Assembly (NCBI GenBank): GCA_030141605.1
Contig: JAQGDQ010000672.1
Location: forward strand, 51,082-115,081
Direction: 5' to 3'
DNA: 64,000 bases
Source of the DNA: Tubiluchus corallicola
Lineage: Eukaryota; Animalia; Priapulida
Shown here piece after piece: positions 37,800 to 52,160 of the stretch (position 1 is the stretch's first letter; each line of letters begins with the position of its first letter). The position numbers and the translations under genes were made by a program. The notes below the pieces were generated by a model. That model worked only from the letters and a program-made list of their open reading frames with translations. It was not told the DNA's origin and searched no databases.

Positions 37800-39154
37800 A
37801 TGTTTAATACGTTGTAATTTTAGAAATATAAATAGAAGGCATATATTTTGTACGTAGTTTTTAAAAATAAAGAATTATAATTATAATAATAACGATAATA
37901 AACGCACCCAAACGGCCCACCAAACCTTACTGACCACAAACTATAGGTCAAGTATTTTCTGAAACTGAATTATGTCATTCCATAGGCTCATATCGTTATC
38001 TAAATAGAAAAGCTTCAAAACGTTTTTCTGCGCATGCGCATCGCATGACGTCACTGTATTCACAATGACTATAAATAATAATAAATACGTTCACACGGCC
38101 GACAAGTATGGCAACGGCCAGTCTAGTAGGTATGGCGACGGTATACTCAGTAGGCGCATACGATGCCTTACGCCAAAGTCAGTCAGTAGTCGTAAGAATC
38201 GTCGTCAAGGCTACAAAGCACAATGCGGAACGTGCGCGCATTACTGATGCTCACTGAGTGGAAATATAAAGCCAAATCACAATAATATTTCAATCAGCTA
38301 TTAATTATGCAAAAAAAAACATAATCGCTGCAGGTTTTACTAGTTTTGTTGGTGATATAAGCATAAAACAGTAAAAGAAATTAAATTAGGCGGTCTGGCC
38401 ATGTTAGGACCGGACAGTAAATGGATTGGTGAGCCCCTGGAAAACTACCTGGGCAGTTTCATCTGCTGTACGTCTCCAGCTGTTTGGCTGGTTAATTGAG
38501 AATGAATATGAATTTGAATGAACATTCTTATCTAAGATGTTTATCTTTGACAATATGGCTGATTCCAGGGCCCGGTTCTACCACACAGTTATATACATTG
38601 GATAGAACCCTGCCGATCACCTCTACAGGGCCAAATTGTACAAAAAACACATAATCATTTCAATTTCATAATTCTGAACCTATTAAAGTACCATAAACCT
38701 CTTTTAAGTTACAAAAAGCTAACAAATTCCTTTGCATCTTTATGTCACTTACATACTGTCTTATTGCCTACAGATCTTGCGTTACCAGCCACGTCGTATA
38801 AAACTTGAAAGTTTAAACTCCCACGACGGCCGTCAGGTGCAGCCATTTTAACGGGAAGTCGTTTGAAACAAGTTTAGATAACATCGAGTAAAGTTTAAAA
38901 AATAATCAGGGCATGCGCAGCGCACACGTCACTAACTGAGTAAAAGCATAAATTACTGTATCCTGTCAAAGCGTATCCTGTCAAAGCGTATCTTGTCAAA
39001 GTTAACACACCTGAACCAGATCGTTAAAGCACAAGGAAACCCTTTACTTACATAAAACTAAAATGCTAAAAAAATCGGTCTTGAAATGTTGTAGGGTCGT
39101 TAACATATTGTCTTACTGCACATTGAGATTGAATTAACCGCAAACAGCATAATG

Positions 39155-39451
39155 GCCGAAGTTAAGCCGTGTTGAGCATTGTCAGTAGTTGGATTGGTGG
39201 CCATGGGTAAAACTGAGCATTGGTCAGTTTCATCTCTGGTTGTTTCTCTTATTAAAGAAAGATCTATAGTCAACCAATGTGGCTATCAGGTACGTCTCGG
39301 CTTCACCGCAGGGTGCAGTGCCTCAATTTTGGTTCTATCACAACCGCCTACATTCTGTAAAAGCCCTACTGTGCTGATGGGAAACGAGATTGCCCGTTTT
39401 AATGTTAATGCATTTTAAATATCAAATAATTTATTATTATTATTATTATTA

Positions 39452-39480
<29 letters not shown>
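39155..39480 (+). mobile_element. Retroposon 3' end with (TTA)n tail, copy 1
   Basis: About 280 bp nearly identical to the reverse complement of 42530-42812; both copies end in TTA-type microsatellites. Confidence 0.7.
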
Positions 39481-39482
<2 letters not shown>

Positions 39483-39840
39483 GCTGTTGTTGTTGTTGTT
39501 GCTGCTGTTGCTGTTGTTACTGTTGTACAAAACCAGTAAATTTGAGCTCCCGCAAAGACCCATAAGTGAAGCCATTCCAACGGTAAGTCGTTTGAAACAA
39601 GTTTAGGTAACATTGAGTAAAGTTCGAAAAAATAACCAGAGCATGCGCAGTGCACTCTGCATAATCAAGCCAAAGTAATAATGCTAAAAATTACTGCATC
39701 TTGTCACTAAGATTAAAAATACGTTTCTTGGTGAGCCAGTGGTGCACACAGGGAAGGTGAGCCAGCAGCAGTAGTAGTTTATTGACTGAAAAAGTCCAAC
39801 ATACAGCATTTACGAACCTTCCAATATGATCACAGATAAT

Positions 39841-40380
39841 TTAAGGAAAACCGGACGATTGTTTAGACTCAATCTCATTTTAATTTATTCTCCAAAATAT
39901 ACATTTTCTTACCTATAAAAGTTAACAATGTTTCTTATGTTTGAATAATTAGCTTAGAAAGTTAATTAACGACAACCGAGCACAGCTATTGCTTACGTCA
40001 GAAACTAACCACAGTTTGTGCAATGGCAGGCGTTTTCCCTTGTGCATCAAGCACATTTGCATAAGTGTTACTGCTTAAACGCGTATGTGACAAAATTGGG
40101 CCCTACATCATATGACGTCAGAAACTAACACCGCAGTTCATGATCATGGTTATCACGGCACCGCCTTCTATTTATCGGCCACGCGAATGTGACAAAAAGG
40201 CCAATCTTAGTAGATTCACTAAGCCGCGTGTAGCTTTGAAAGTTTAACGAAATTTGAGTAGCTGAGGTAATTACTATTTAATCTAAGCTTTGATTTAAAA
40301 TAAGCTATTGTAGTTTTCAATATTTTAGAGCATTCTTTATTCTGAACTTGTGTTTACACAATCATCCGGTTTTCCTTTAA
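39841..40380. mobile_element. Kolobok-like MITE, copy 2 (inverted relative to 939-1490)
   Basis: TTAAGGAAAACCGGACGATT ... AATCATCCGGTTTTCCTTTAA. Confidence 0.8.
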
Positions 40381-41039
40381 GAAACATTTCACGTGTGCTC
40401 TGTTCTCTACATTACGGACTAAAATTGAACTTACGTTATCCGTGAAAAATGTATTCTACAATGAAGAAAAGAATTTTCCCTAAACGGAAAATGATAAAAC
40501 AAATAAGTAAGCCTATCTATAATTCATTACTATCGGCTAAATTAGCATTACGTCACTGACTATGACTATAACATATTTGAAATGCTCAAGCAACATTTTA
40601 CCAGTTGGTGTGGAACATTTATTAAATTATTTTGAATCTTTTCTTGTTACGTAAGTCTTTTAAGTAGGTAAACGAAATGTTGAAGGACAAGAAAAGGGGC
40701 ACCTGAAGTTGGTTTCAGAAAAATCACCTTAAAAATTATATTACTTTACAGCAATTTTATGCGTATATCTTACTCACACTGAAAGGAATTTTAGTTTGTT
40801 TTCATTTTAAATCTCCTGCAATACTGTTCCGAAGTCGCCATTATATGACGTCATGTACAAAACGTAAATCAAGGGAAGAAAAGGCAATGTTAAATTATGT
40901 CTCAAAGACTTTCCGCGCAAATCCATATTACTTAGATTTTCGCTTACCTGCTAGAGAGATTTATGTAACTAGAAAAGAAAATTATTAATTATTTAAAATA
41001 TTTTCACAAATTGGTAAAATGTCGTTGACTCACCCTACA

Positions 41040-41369
41040 GGGTGCACCACTCACTAACCAAAAAACGCATTTTTAATCTTATTGACAAGATACAGTAATT
41101 TTAAATTTCATTTAGTTAGTGACTTGTGCGCTACGAATGCTCTGTTTATTTTTTCAAACTTTACAAAATGTTATCTAAACTTGCTTCAAATGACCTGTCG
41201 TGAAAATGGCTGCGTCCAACGGTCATCGCGGGAGTTTAAATTTACATGTTTTATACAGCGTGACTGCCGATTGAAGTCCTGCACGCAAAACGGCAGTTTG
41301 TAAGCGATATAAAATTTCAAAACGAATTTTTCAAGCTTTATGTTTATGAAGGGTTTTCTTGTGCTTTAA
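41040..41369. mobile_element. Dispersed TIR-element fragment ending TTTTCTTGTGCTTTAA
   Basis: Similar to 8820-9047 (direct) and to 38770-39000 and 39560-39750 (inverted). Confidence 0.55.
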
Positions 41370-42112
41370 GCGATACGCGTGCAAAGTTTTAGGGACGCAC
41401 TTTAGAACCCTTTTCTTCCTCTTTAATAAACCTCTCGGGTCAAATTTCCGCCTCAAAGCCGCATAAAATTTCCAAATGTATACGAAATCGGAACGGTTGT
41501 ATTTGTGCTTGGCCTTACGCAAATAGCAACCAACTTCACGTGGAAATCATGCGATACGCATGGGCCTATTATGCCCCGCTAAACTTCGTGGCAATGCGCA
41601 CGTATCAGCGTCATTAAAATTGTTTGTTATGCAACATTTGCAAAGTAACGGAATAGTACTGAATGGTACAGTTCTGAAACGAAAGCCTATTCGGGTGGAA
41701 AGGTATTCAATGGGGACAAAACACGCTGCATTGAGTGTCCCTAAAAAACCAAAAAGTCTTAGACAATGGTCGTAGTCTCATTAGCGAAACGTAGACTGAG
41801 AGAATGTATTAAGTTGAAAAATGTTCTCTCTTCAAGACTCAATGGAGAAAAAAGGAAAATCGTGGGTCGGTGACGTCACGCTTACGTCAAAATCAGCAAG
41901 AAATAATGCCAGAGTGTCAAGCAAAACATAATGGAGTGAAGTGATTAGCAGAAATTGCCACGCGCTCCGGAAATTTCATTTTTAGAAAGCCATTCGCATC
42001 AATTATAGCTGAAAGTGTGAGTGTCAATGAGTCTTTATCTTGACCTTAGTGCCTGGTAAAGAAGTATGTCAACTGTTATAAACGTTGACGAAGGCTAGCT
42101 TGTTATTAACTA

Positions 42113-42529
<417 letters not shown>

Positions 42530-42535
<6 letters not shown>

Positions 42536-42812
42536 TTATTTGATATTTAAAATGCATTAACATTAAAACGGGCAATCTCGTTTCCCATCAGCACAGTAGG
42601 GCTTTTACAGAATGTAGGCTGTTGTGATAGAACCAAAATTGAGGCACTGCACCCTGTGGTGAAGCTGAGACGTACCTGATAGCCACATTGGTTGACTATA
42701 GATCTTTCCTTAATAAGAGAAACAACCAGAGATGAAACTGCCCAGTGCTCAGTTTTACTGGTGGCCACTAATCCAACTACTGACAATGCTCAACACCACT
42801 TAACTTCAGCCA
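42530..42812 (-). mobile_element. Retroposon 3' end, copy 2
   Basis: Reverse complement of 39155-39440. Confidence 0.7.
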
Positions 42813-43101
42813 CTACACTCACTAAGCACAAGCTGTAACCACTTACACAAACATTTCCCAATACTTCCAAGCATTGATAATCTCAAAATCAATTGAAAAG
42901 TCACTCTGCCCAAACTATTACCACACTAGATGCTTACAAACTAACTGGTCGCCAATGTGGGTGACTTGCCGTTGCCGTTACTATGCCAACAAAATCAGCA
43001 ACAGTCGGCAACACTTAGTGCCCTGTTTTTGTTGTAGTTAGCTTGCCTGCTTGACAAAAAAAAACGACCATTCCTTCGCTACCACTGTTCTATTTTTCAA
43101 A

Positions 43102-43161
43102 TCGGGAGTCGAACCCACGGCCTACGACTGGCAAAGCGAGCACGCTATCTCTCCCGCGGTG
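43102..43161 (-). mobile_element. tRNA(Gly-like)-derived SINE head or tRNA pseudogene
   Basis: Minus strand has T-arm GTGGGTTCGACTCCCG and a TTGCCA anticodon-like loop; D-arm and acceptor stem are broken. Confidence 0.4.
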
Positions 43162-43496
43162 AAGTATCGACTATTTTGTGTTACTTGTGATACAAGTGGC
43201 TGTCCCCCCGGGTGATGTGACATGTTTGCTGAAGCCACACGACGTTCAGTGAAGTGAAACTAATGCATGGCTTCTTTTAAAAGCGCGATTGCAGCGATGA
43301 AGCATTTGCTCTGTTAATTAGCAAGTTTATTACAAGATTTCACACTAAAATTACTAAGCAATTAGCTTGGTGGGTAAATTGGTTTTATCGATCAATTCAC
43401 AACTGTTTTTACAAAGCCGCTGATACAATTGTTAAAAACTATAACAATCGTTATGAAAGATCATTTGATAGCGCCTACTTACTACCTAATATCTCC

Positions 43497-43950
43497 TATT
43501 CTGTCCTGTTCTGTTTTGCTTTCTGTTCTGCACTGTTCTTGTATCTGTTCTGGTCTCATCTGTTCTGTTCTGTTCTGTTCTGTTCTGCTCGATTTTGTCC
43601 TATTGAATTCTGTTCTGTTCTGTTGTGTTCTTGTATCTATTGTGGTCTCATCTGTTCTGTTCTGTTTGGTTCTCTTCTGTTCTGCTTTGTTTTGTTTTGT
43701 TCTGTTCGTTTTGTTCGATTTAGTCCTGTTGAATTCTGTTCTGTTCCATTCTCTTCCACTCAGTTCTGTGCCATTCTGTCTGTTCTGCTTTCTGTTCTAC
43801 TCTGTTCTGGTCGATTCTGTTCTGTTCTGTTTGGTTCTGTTTCGTTCTCATCTGCTCCGCTCTGCTTTCTGTTTTGGTTCTGTAATGTTCTCATGTAATC
43901 TGTTCTGTTCTGCCTTCTGTTCTTAGCATTCTGTTCTGTTCTGATTCGTT
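43497..43950. repeat. Degenerate (TTCTG)n pentanucleotide repeat
   Basis: Direct reading. Confidence 0.9.
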
Positions 43951-46261
43951 TTATTCTATGTTTGAGTTATAAAAATAGAGTTCAAAGTACATGTAACTGC
44001 TCTTTAGTTGCCTAGCGCCAGGCTGCTTTGCTGTGAAGCTTCAATAAATAGCTATGTACGTAGAGAAATTTATGTTGGAGACTCAAGTACTAAAGCAGCT
44101 AAACGGACATGGATGGGCATTAAACGTTCACCAGGCCTGAATAAATGCACAGGAAGGAGTGAATATTTGTTCTGCCGGTTACACGGACCGCATGTTAACT
44201 TGCCTCATTTCCTGGTTGTACAGTACGTATAAGGTAAAAACCATGCGATCTTACCAAATAATGTATAATCACTATTGATCGCATAAAAGACGAAAGGCAC
44301 AAGAGGTGATAATGATAACGACGACAATGACCACGATAATGATATTATGATGATGACGATGATGACCGAGGAAATGAAAAATCATGAGAAATGTTTAGGT
44401 CTACGTTACATTCTTACGAACAGTAAATTGAGTGCTCAAATAAGTTTTTAGGTTTATACTTACTTGCACGCAGGATTATTGCAAGACGAATTATCTGTGC
44501 ACATTTCTTGCGTAGAGAATTTAGACAATTCTTACAAAATTATAAGTATAATACCAAGCCAAAATCATCAAGCGAACTACCAGTATAGCAGAATGTGTAC
44601 CCGCACGAAAAAATTAAATGTGCGATTCTATCCAGTCGGTTTAACTAAAAGTTAACTTTGAAGACTTTTTGTAGTAACAAAGAAACGGAAATTAATTCTG
44701 TTCCAACAACGATGCTTGAGAATACAGCAGCAGGTTTAACAAAAAACTTTAATGCTATACTATGACTGTTGACAACGATGCCGGTGATACACTTATCACG
44801 TCGCACCACATAGCAGACCAAACACTTGAACAGTGTGCAAACCTTAATATGAACCTTGTACCACTAAAAAACCGACATTATAATATACGAAGAGAAAATA
44901 ATCTATTTACCATGTGTTATTACCGGCTCAGTACCGTTGTCTGCTAAGAGCGCCTGCGCGGCGATCTACAGTCATTGCATGCAAAAGACGACAGCTTGAC
45001 TGTCGAAATCCAATGCAGAATTCACCGCGACTAGCGCATGGAGCTGAAAGTGACAACCTAATCATTACTAATGGGTGATCGACTGATCGTCGGACGCTCG
45101 CGTGCAAAATTGAGCACGTGGTATCTGTGCGCTTTTTTAAACAAATTATTAGTGTTCTCACCAATAACGCATGTAATACGCGTCACCTTTGTGGGACTGT
45201 TTTTATTTGTGATTAGATATCGAAAATCACGAATTCATGTCGATTCATATTCGCTTTCTAGTAGAGAGTTCTCATACCTACCCTCTTGTGATATGGATAG
45301 TTATCCTAGTTGGTTTAGCATAGTTCTTTGGACATTAATCACTTTCCGTTAAAAATCGCATAATAAACACGTACACCAATAACTGAAATAATCTCACTAT
45401 CTGACTCTAACAAGACCACTTATACTGTTATAACTGCAGGATAACTGTGGAAGATGGACAAGTTGTGTCAGGGTAAAGTTCTGGAGTCCATGTACATTTT
45501 GTTATTCTGTTCACTTCAAGCAAAGGATGGTTATGCAAGTCACAAGTGTACCTGATGCATGTCACATACATCACACGAGTCACGTCTTTCTTTTTCATTC
45601 GTTAAAGAAAGAATAAGACAAGCCATAAGCAGGAAGCCCTGCAAATGAGATTTATGAGTAAATGCAACCAAATGCATAATTGTTATTATATATGTTGTTA
45701 CATCTATCTTACTTATTTTTTAATATTTTGTTTATTTCATATTATTGCTGTTCCGATTCTCAAACCTCGGCCACCTCGTCCTTAGGCCCTAGTGAATGGT
45801 TCCATGAAATTCTGCTATGAGTGATGCTAATAGGGGGAAAATGAGCCGACTACTGATATCCGATCTTTCCTTTTTTGAAACAGGTAAAAAATCAGACATA
45901 AAACTGCAAGAACTCTGATTAAAAGCAAATAAAGTTCTCGTGTCTTTGCATATTGCTGTTGCTATTACTGCTCTATCAGTCTTTTTCACAGTCTTTAGAT
46001 CGGGAAGGTTCAGCTTTTTACTCAAAAAATCTCAGTAATTGAAGATTGTACTAATTATGTCATTAGGCATGCGATGCCTAGCCGATGTACCATAATGTTT
46101 AGTATTCTCTAATGATCACTGAAGCGGAAAAGAAAGAAGGCAAAATAGCTGTGAAATGCCAGCTATGCAGTAGTGGTGATGCAGCAGGCCAGTGCCTGGC
46201 AGCCGCAGCTTGTTATTAACACGATGACCAATTCTGCTAATTCACTTCATTGTAACATAGA

Positions 46262-46599
46262 TTAATGTATTTTCAAATTTTGATATTTGGGGGCAAAGTA
46301 TCCTTCTATGGGCATTTCTTGGCGACTAGTACATCGTTCTCTTTTGGTCTCACTGAGGTTGTAACGATCATTTAGCTCTTTTTTGAAAAAAACGTCATAC
46401 AATATCCCATTAAAAGTTCCTGTTTGGATGTGTTCTTGAAACAACAAGGTTCGATTTCGACGGATTCCATGATGAACGAGAAACGAGTTGTCTAGAATAT
46501 GAAAATGATAATCTTGGAAGCACATTTCCAAAACGTGTTGTTCTCTATCTTTGCCATAACCCAAAAACCGTTCGTCATGCAGCGGCTCACTGTTCTCAC
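46262..46599 (-). CDS. B4GAT1: GT49 glycosyltransferase (B4GAT1/B3GNT1-like), exon 3
   Basis: Acceptor TTTTCAG|GT. Encodes EPLHDERFLGYGKDREQHVLEMCFQDYHFHILDNSFLVHHG, the GT49/LARGE C-terminal motifs. Confidence 0.88.
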
Positions 46600-46768
46600 C
46601 TGAAAAGTACGAAGATGTCAGAGGAGTTAGTGTGCAGAATTGTAGCGTCACTGTCAGTTTCAGTTTCATTAGTGTCTAATAGATGGCGCAACCATCTGTG
46701 TTAGGTCATTGCGGTGTATAGTACGAATCAGTACACACACCGCTCTGACCTATTCCTACTATTACACC

Positions 46769-46769
<1 letters not shown>

Positions 46770-46829
<60 letters not shown>

Positions 46830-46880
46830 GAGAGAGCGGCAGAGCGAGAGGAAGAGAGTGTGTGTGTGTGAGAGAGAGAG
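46770..46880. repeat. (GA)n microsatellite
   Basis: Direct reading. Confidence 0.9.
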
Positions 46881-47116
46881 ATTTTATTATTATTAAGTCA
46901 TTTTATTAAACAACAAATACATTGTTTCCCCTCTATTTGCAAGGGCTCGTTTACAAAATAAAGCTATTTATGATAACAATATTATACATAATGGCAATTT
47001 TGTACATACATACTCTAGTAGTAGTGTTTCAGTTTGCTAACTTTTACATATATACATCAAAACCACAATTTTAACTTTCATAACACCTATTAAGAATAGC
47101 TTTAAAATATATACAT

Positions 47117-47118
<2 letters not shown>

Positions 47119-47212
<94 letters not shown>

Positions 47213-47305
47213 GCACGCACGCACGCACACACACACGCACACACACACACACACACACACGCACGCACGCACACACGCACACACACACACACACACACAC
47301 ATACA
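47119..47305. repeat. (CA)n/(CACG)n microsatellite
   Basis: Direct reading. Confidence 0.95.
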
Positions 47306-47699
47306 CTATAGTTTTCGATTTTCGATAGCAGTACACTATATATAACGATTTCATTTTAACTCAGTACATGTTTTTCTGTAAATATAATTTGAATTAATTT
47401 ATAACAATTTTTTCTGCACAACATCTCTAACAATATTTACATATGCCTGGCACACATCTTTGTCTCTTTTTAGATAAATCTCGCTTATGTTGGCTGAGGG
47501 CAGAACTTGTCTTATATTTATTCGAAATTGGTGGTCTACCAAATCACAGTCAAATATAATGTGTTCTGGTGTTTGAGGAGTTGCATTATTACAATAACAG
47601 CAATCTGTATTTTGTTCACCTATTCTATACCGAAATGATTTAGTTCCTCTATTTAAAAGTAAGTTTAATGCAGTTGTTTCAATAAGCCTTTCGTAATGC

Positions 47700-48018
<319 letters not shown>

Positions 48019-48033
48019 GGGAGAGTTACATAC

Positions 48034-48163
48034 CTATGTAAAATGGTTCCCATAAAGGCGGCATCCATTTGCTTACGAAATACTCATTCATTTTATCAGT
48101 AGAAACGTTTTGCTTGGTCCACAAGTCAAAATATGGAATTCGATGACATTCTGAACAAATAAA
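48034..48163 (-). CDS. B4GAT1: GT49 glycosyltransferase, exon 2 (absent from the ORF track)
   Basis: TTTCAG|FICSECHRIPYFDLW...WEPFYI G|GTATGT. Phases 0 and 1 match both neighbouring exons. Confidence 0.88.
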
Positions 48164-48351
48164 CTGAAACAAAATGACTTTAATAAATTTGCGTAAAACT
48201 TGCAGCTACTGTTATGATCGTCGTCGTGTGTTGTTGTCTGCTGTAACCACTTTGATTGTTGTCATCAGTGTATTGATCGTGATCACGGTCGTAGCGGCAC
48301 TTCCTATTGTTGTTGACGTTAGGTAAGGAGTTGGATGTAAAAATATCTTAC

Positions 48352-49200
48352 CTTGTGAAATGAAACGGCTGTCTCGTTTTTTAAGAGGACAAGTAATTCT
48401 AATCTGTCGTCTGGTAACGGCACTGACTCGTCAACTTCAAAGTGGGGAACTACGTAAACCGCTTTCTTCTGCTCACGTGGTGGCGCTTCTGTTTCTTTCG
48501 GCCGATTGTGCATCATTTTGATGAACATTTCCATCAGATTTCTCGAAGGTTTTTGCTCCACGTCAATGGATAAAACAAACTTAGTCTTAGCAGCAAGACG
48601 AGCCGCGTTTCTGCCCACGTTAACAGGGTAAAAACCATACCGTTCCATGTCAGGTCCTCCAGTAGGTGGCGCGGACAGATGAGAACATGTCAATTTTCTC
48701 ACATTTCTGTTGGCAACACTGCAGGGAGGGGCACTGGAGGGAAAAAACAGAGACATCGTGACAACTTCCGCAACTTTTGGGTTGCAGTTTTGCATCAAAT
48801 GCAGATAATCTATGATAAAATCATAGCTGTCTGTGGGTGCATACACTGCTATTGATATTGGCCCATTGTGTCTCTTCACTAAGTCTTGTAGATGATGTAG
48901 ATAATGCCAGCTGACATGCGTGGCAAGAGTCACTGATTCGTTCCACGAAAATTGCTTCGTACCTGCTGAATAGGTTTGAAATTTTCGAAAATTGAACGTC
49001 ATGTTAAGCACGTTGTGGTAAAACTTTGTGTCGACCACATTGTCATGAACCACCTCTACGCAATCTGTCCCTTTCCACATCCGCGGTTTCACATAAAGAT
49101 TGGTGCTAATGTCGAGATGCAATTGCAATAATTTCACTAGTATTAATAACACCAATAGCTGTAAAAGCAGCAGCTTGAGAAATAATGCATTCTTCCCCAT
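48352..49200 (-). CDS. B4GAT1: GT49 glycosyltransferase, exon 1 (type II membrane anchor and catalytic N-half)
   Basis: MGKNALFLKLLLLQLLVLLILV signal anchor, then VTLATH, GPISIAVYAP, YPVNVGRNAAR, IDVE and VYVVPHFE. Donor AAG|GTAAGA. Total 438 aa; strict orthology unproven. Confidence 0.88.
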
Positions 49201-50065
49201 TTGTGACACAGCAGACAAAAGATACAAAACTTCTAAGCAGTAGTAATACTTACTGGTTAACGAACTTTATTTTACAAGTAATAGAACAAGGTCAGACCCG
49301 GAGGGAAACTCCTTGTTAGCAAGCTGCATTTAGCCCAAAAATCCTTGTTGGCACAAACGAGCTGGCAACTGCTACATGCATTCACATCAGCTAATTATTT
49401 AAAATCTTTCTCTATTTATGCAAAACCGGTCCCAATCTTAAACTGTAAGTGAATATTGTTGTTGATTGTTGGCATCCTTCTGTCTCGAAACACAATTTCG
49501 CATTATGAAAATGTTTAAAATTCATTAGAGTTTAATCAGCTGCAGAAGGGAAGCGAATGACAGGCGATGTTATTTATTTATTTTGTTAAACAACTGATAA
49601 AGATGATAGAATTTTGTTAAAATGTAATCATGTTATTTAACTCAGCTAACAGTAACTAATCAAAGTTAAACTACTAAACTACAGAGGCACCTCTGTAAAT
49701 ATATATTGATTTTCAATAAAAGATTTTTCATCATTATCGTCATCGTCGTCGTTATCATCATCATCGTCATCGTCGTCGTCATCTTCATCATCATCGTCGT
49801 CGTCAGTTAGTAACTTAACTGGCCTATCGCCTTAGAGCGTCGTAAAGTCTCGATGCGCCCCTGACTGCACATGGAAAAGGTTCTTAACCTCCACGTACAC
49901 TGAGTGCTTCACCTCCCCCTCAAGATGTAATGGTATAAGCCATACGTGTTGTGTTACGGCTCAGTGTGGGTTCACGAGATGTTTGTGCTAGTAGACTTCT
50001 AATAGACTCGTGTGGTTTGATTTTCCGTCGGGACGAACGAATCTCGGTAAGTTAATGTTTTTTAC

Positions 50066-50067
<2 letters not shown>

Positions 50068-50098
<31 letters not shown>

Positions 50099-50103
50099 GG
50101 GGG

Positions 50104-50197
<94 letters not shown>

Positions 50198-50228
50198 TGA
50201 AAGAGAGAGAGAGAGAGAGAGAGAGAGC

Positions 50229-50297
<69 letters not shown>
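50068..50297. repeat. (GA)n microsatellite flanked by a 27-bp direct repeat
   Basis: Direct reading. Confidence 0.9.
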
Positions 50298-50301
<4 letters not shown>

Positions 50302-50384
50302 CGGTAAGTTAATATTTTTTTACACCAAATTATCATAATTATGAGTTTTAATCTTTTGCTTTGCACTGACCTAAATTATAGGTT

Positions 50385-50548
50385 AACTAAACTACCACAA
50401 CTTTATTAAAACTTTTAATTTACATAGTTAAAAATCATGTCAAACGTTTCGACAGGTCACTGCTGTCACCATCAGTGGTAATTTTTTGCAAATATCCAAC
50501 CAGTTTATATAGGCATTGCACCTTTTAAGTGTTAACAGAAGCCAAGCA
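50385..50548 (-). mobile_element. Penelope-like pLTR fragment with hammerhead-like core
   Basis: Minus strand ACCA-CTGATGG-T-GACAG..CTGTC-GAAACGTTT; similar to 11030-11240. Confidence 0.7.
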
Positions 50549-50699
50549 AACGTAACCTTTACGTAATGTAAAATTTATTCCTATAGCGAACTACACAATT
50601 TACAATTTCACCACGATGAACAATAGAATGCATTTAAGATTCATAAAAAACATAAAATTTGAAAGACGTTAAAATAATTCATCGTGAAAAGTATAATTT

Positions 50700-50936
50700 A
50701 AATAAACGTGTTTTAAAATGTTGTCTAAAACAATCTAATGAATTTGTAGAACGTGTAGCAACAGGCAAGTTATTCCAGAGATGCGGAGCTTAGACAGAAA
50801 AAGCTTTTTCACCTTAGAATACTGTATTTGGAACTGGCTGATGTAAATGAATTAGTTCATTAGCATTAGAACGAAGTGTCCGGGATTTGTTAAGAGATCA
50901 GTAAGGTATGCAGGTGCCAAACCATGTAGAATCTGA
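50700..50936 (-). mobile_element. L2/CR1-group LINE ORF2 C-terminal remnant
   Basis: ILHGLAPAYLTDLL..RTLRS..GEKAFSV*APHLWNNLP..SLDCFRQHFKTRLF, with stops and a frameshift. Confidence 0.8.
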
Positions 50937-51937
50937 CACGGTAATTGAACCATTACTGCGTTTCATCCACGCAGTAATGGTTCAATTAACGCGTAAACAA
51001 CCGTTTTCGGTGTGAACATGCTACTAAGTTTTCGGCATCAAAATGTTAATAATGTAGGTCTTCACATTGTAGCCCCATTATATATATATATATATATATA
51101 ATCAATACTTTCTTCCATATTCCGTACGAATGTTGCTAAACATTTCATTTCATTTTCTGGACCATGTTAATTCAGAACTATCTACCTAATTATATAAAAT
51201 CAGAACATTGTATTTATAAATATAAAGAAGGCCTCAAACTCTTTATTATGAAAGGTATTAAAAATGCAGAGATCATTGTAGAAATTAGTTTACAAACGTT
51301 AAACCAGACTGATTGCAATGATTCAGATGAATTTAGAATTAATCGAAACTCGACAACAGCACACCTTAACTGGGCTTCATGCCAGAATTCATCAGCATAA
51401 TTATCTATCATAATCTAACGCTTTTAACATAGTTTTACAGGTCCTCTTTTACTCTTCCCTTTCTAATAAAGAATTTATCGTCGTGGGGCTGGCTAATTTA
51501 AGCCTACATATGTGACTGAGCTGTTCACAATCGTTTTACGTTGATGTGTTGCCCTCTAATCCAATGTTTCAAATCGCACTCAAAGAAGAACAAGAATGGA
51601 CTATACTCCATAACAAGAAGAAGTAAAAGAAACTTTGTAGGTGGGTGGACATAATCTGACTCCTCTCACCATTCGCAGTTGCGGTTGCCTTGCTGATTTA
51701 TTTACATTTATTACATTCTTAGTTCATGTGAATCTAATTTTTTATTTTTAGTTTTTTTCTTCTTTCACTTTTTTATTACATTTTTCACATCCTTTCACTT
51801 TTAATTCTCCTTTCCCCCCTTAACCTCATTTTACTTTTACACCTACACATTCTTTCTATTTGCCATATTGGGCCTGACCTTTGTAAGTTTTTTTGGACAA
51901 CCCCAATAATCCATTGATCAACTTTATTATTTACACG

Positions 51938-52160
51938 TTTGTTTTCGTTTAATTTGTTTTCGTTTAATTTGTTTTCCTTTGATTTGTTTTCCTTTGATTT
52001 GTTTTCCTTTAATTTGTTTTCCTTTAATTTGTTTTCTTTGTTTGTTTTCCTTTAATTTGTTTTCCTTTAATTTGTTTTCCTTTAATTTGTTTTCTTTGTT
52101 TGTTTTCCTTTAATTTGTTTTCCTTTAATTTGTTTTCTTTGTTTGTTTTCCTTTAATTTG
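51938..52160. repeat. 15-bp T-rich tandem repeat (TTTGTTTTCCTTTAA)n
   Basis: Direct reading. Confidence 0.88.

Noticed and set aside
39179-39418. 79-aa ORF duplicated at 42547-42786
   Set aside because: Starts at TTG and lies in a dispersed retroposon 3' end; the duplication reflects the repeat, not a gene.
43102-43161. Functional tRNA-Gly gene
   Set aside because: Only the T-arm/B-box and an anticodon-like loop persist; there is no acceptor stem or D-arm.
45789-46100. Possible CR1-type ORF2 remnant (LNLPDLKT)
   Set aside because: Similarity is too weak to call without a search.
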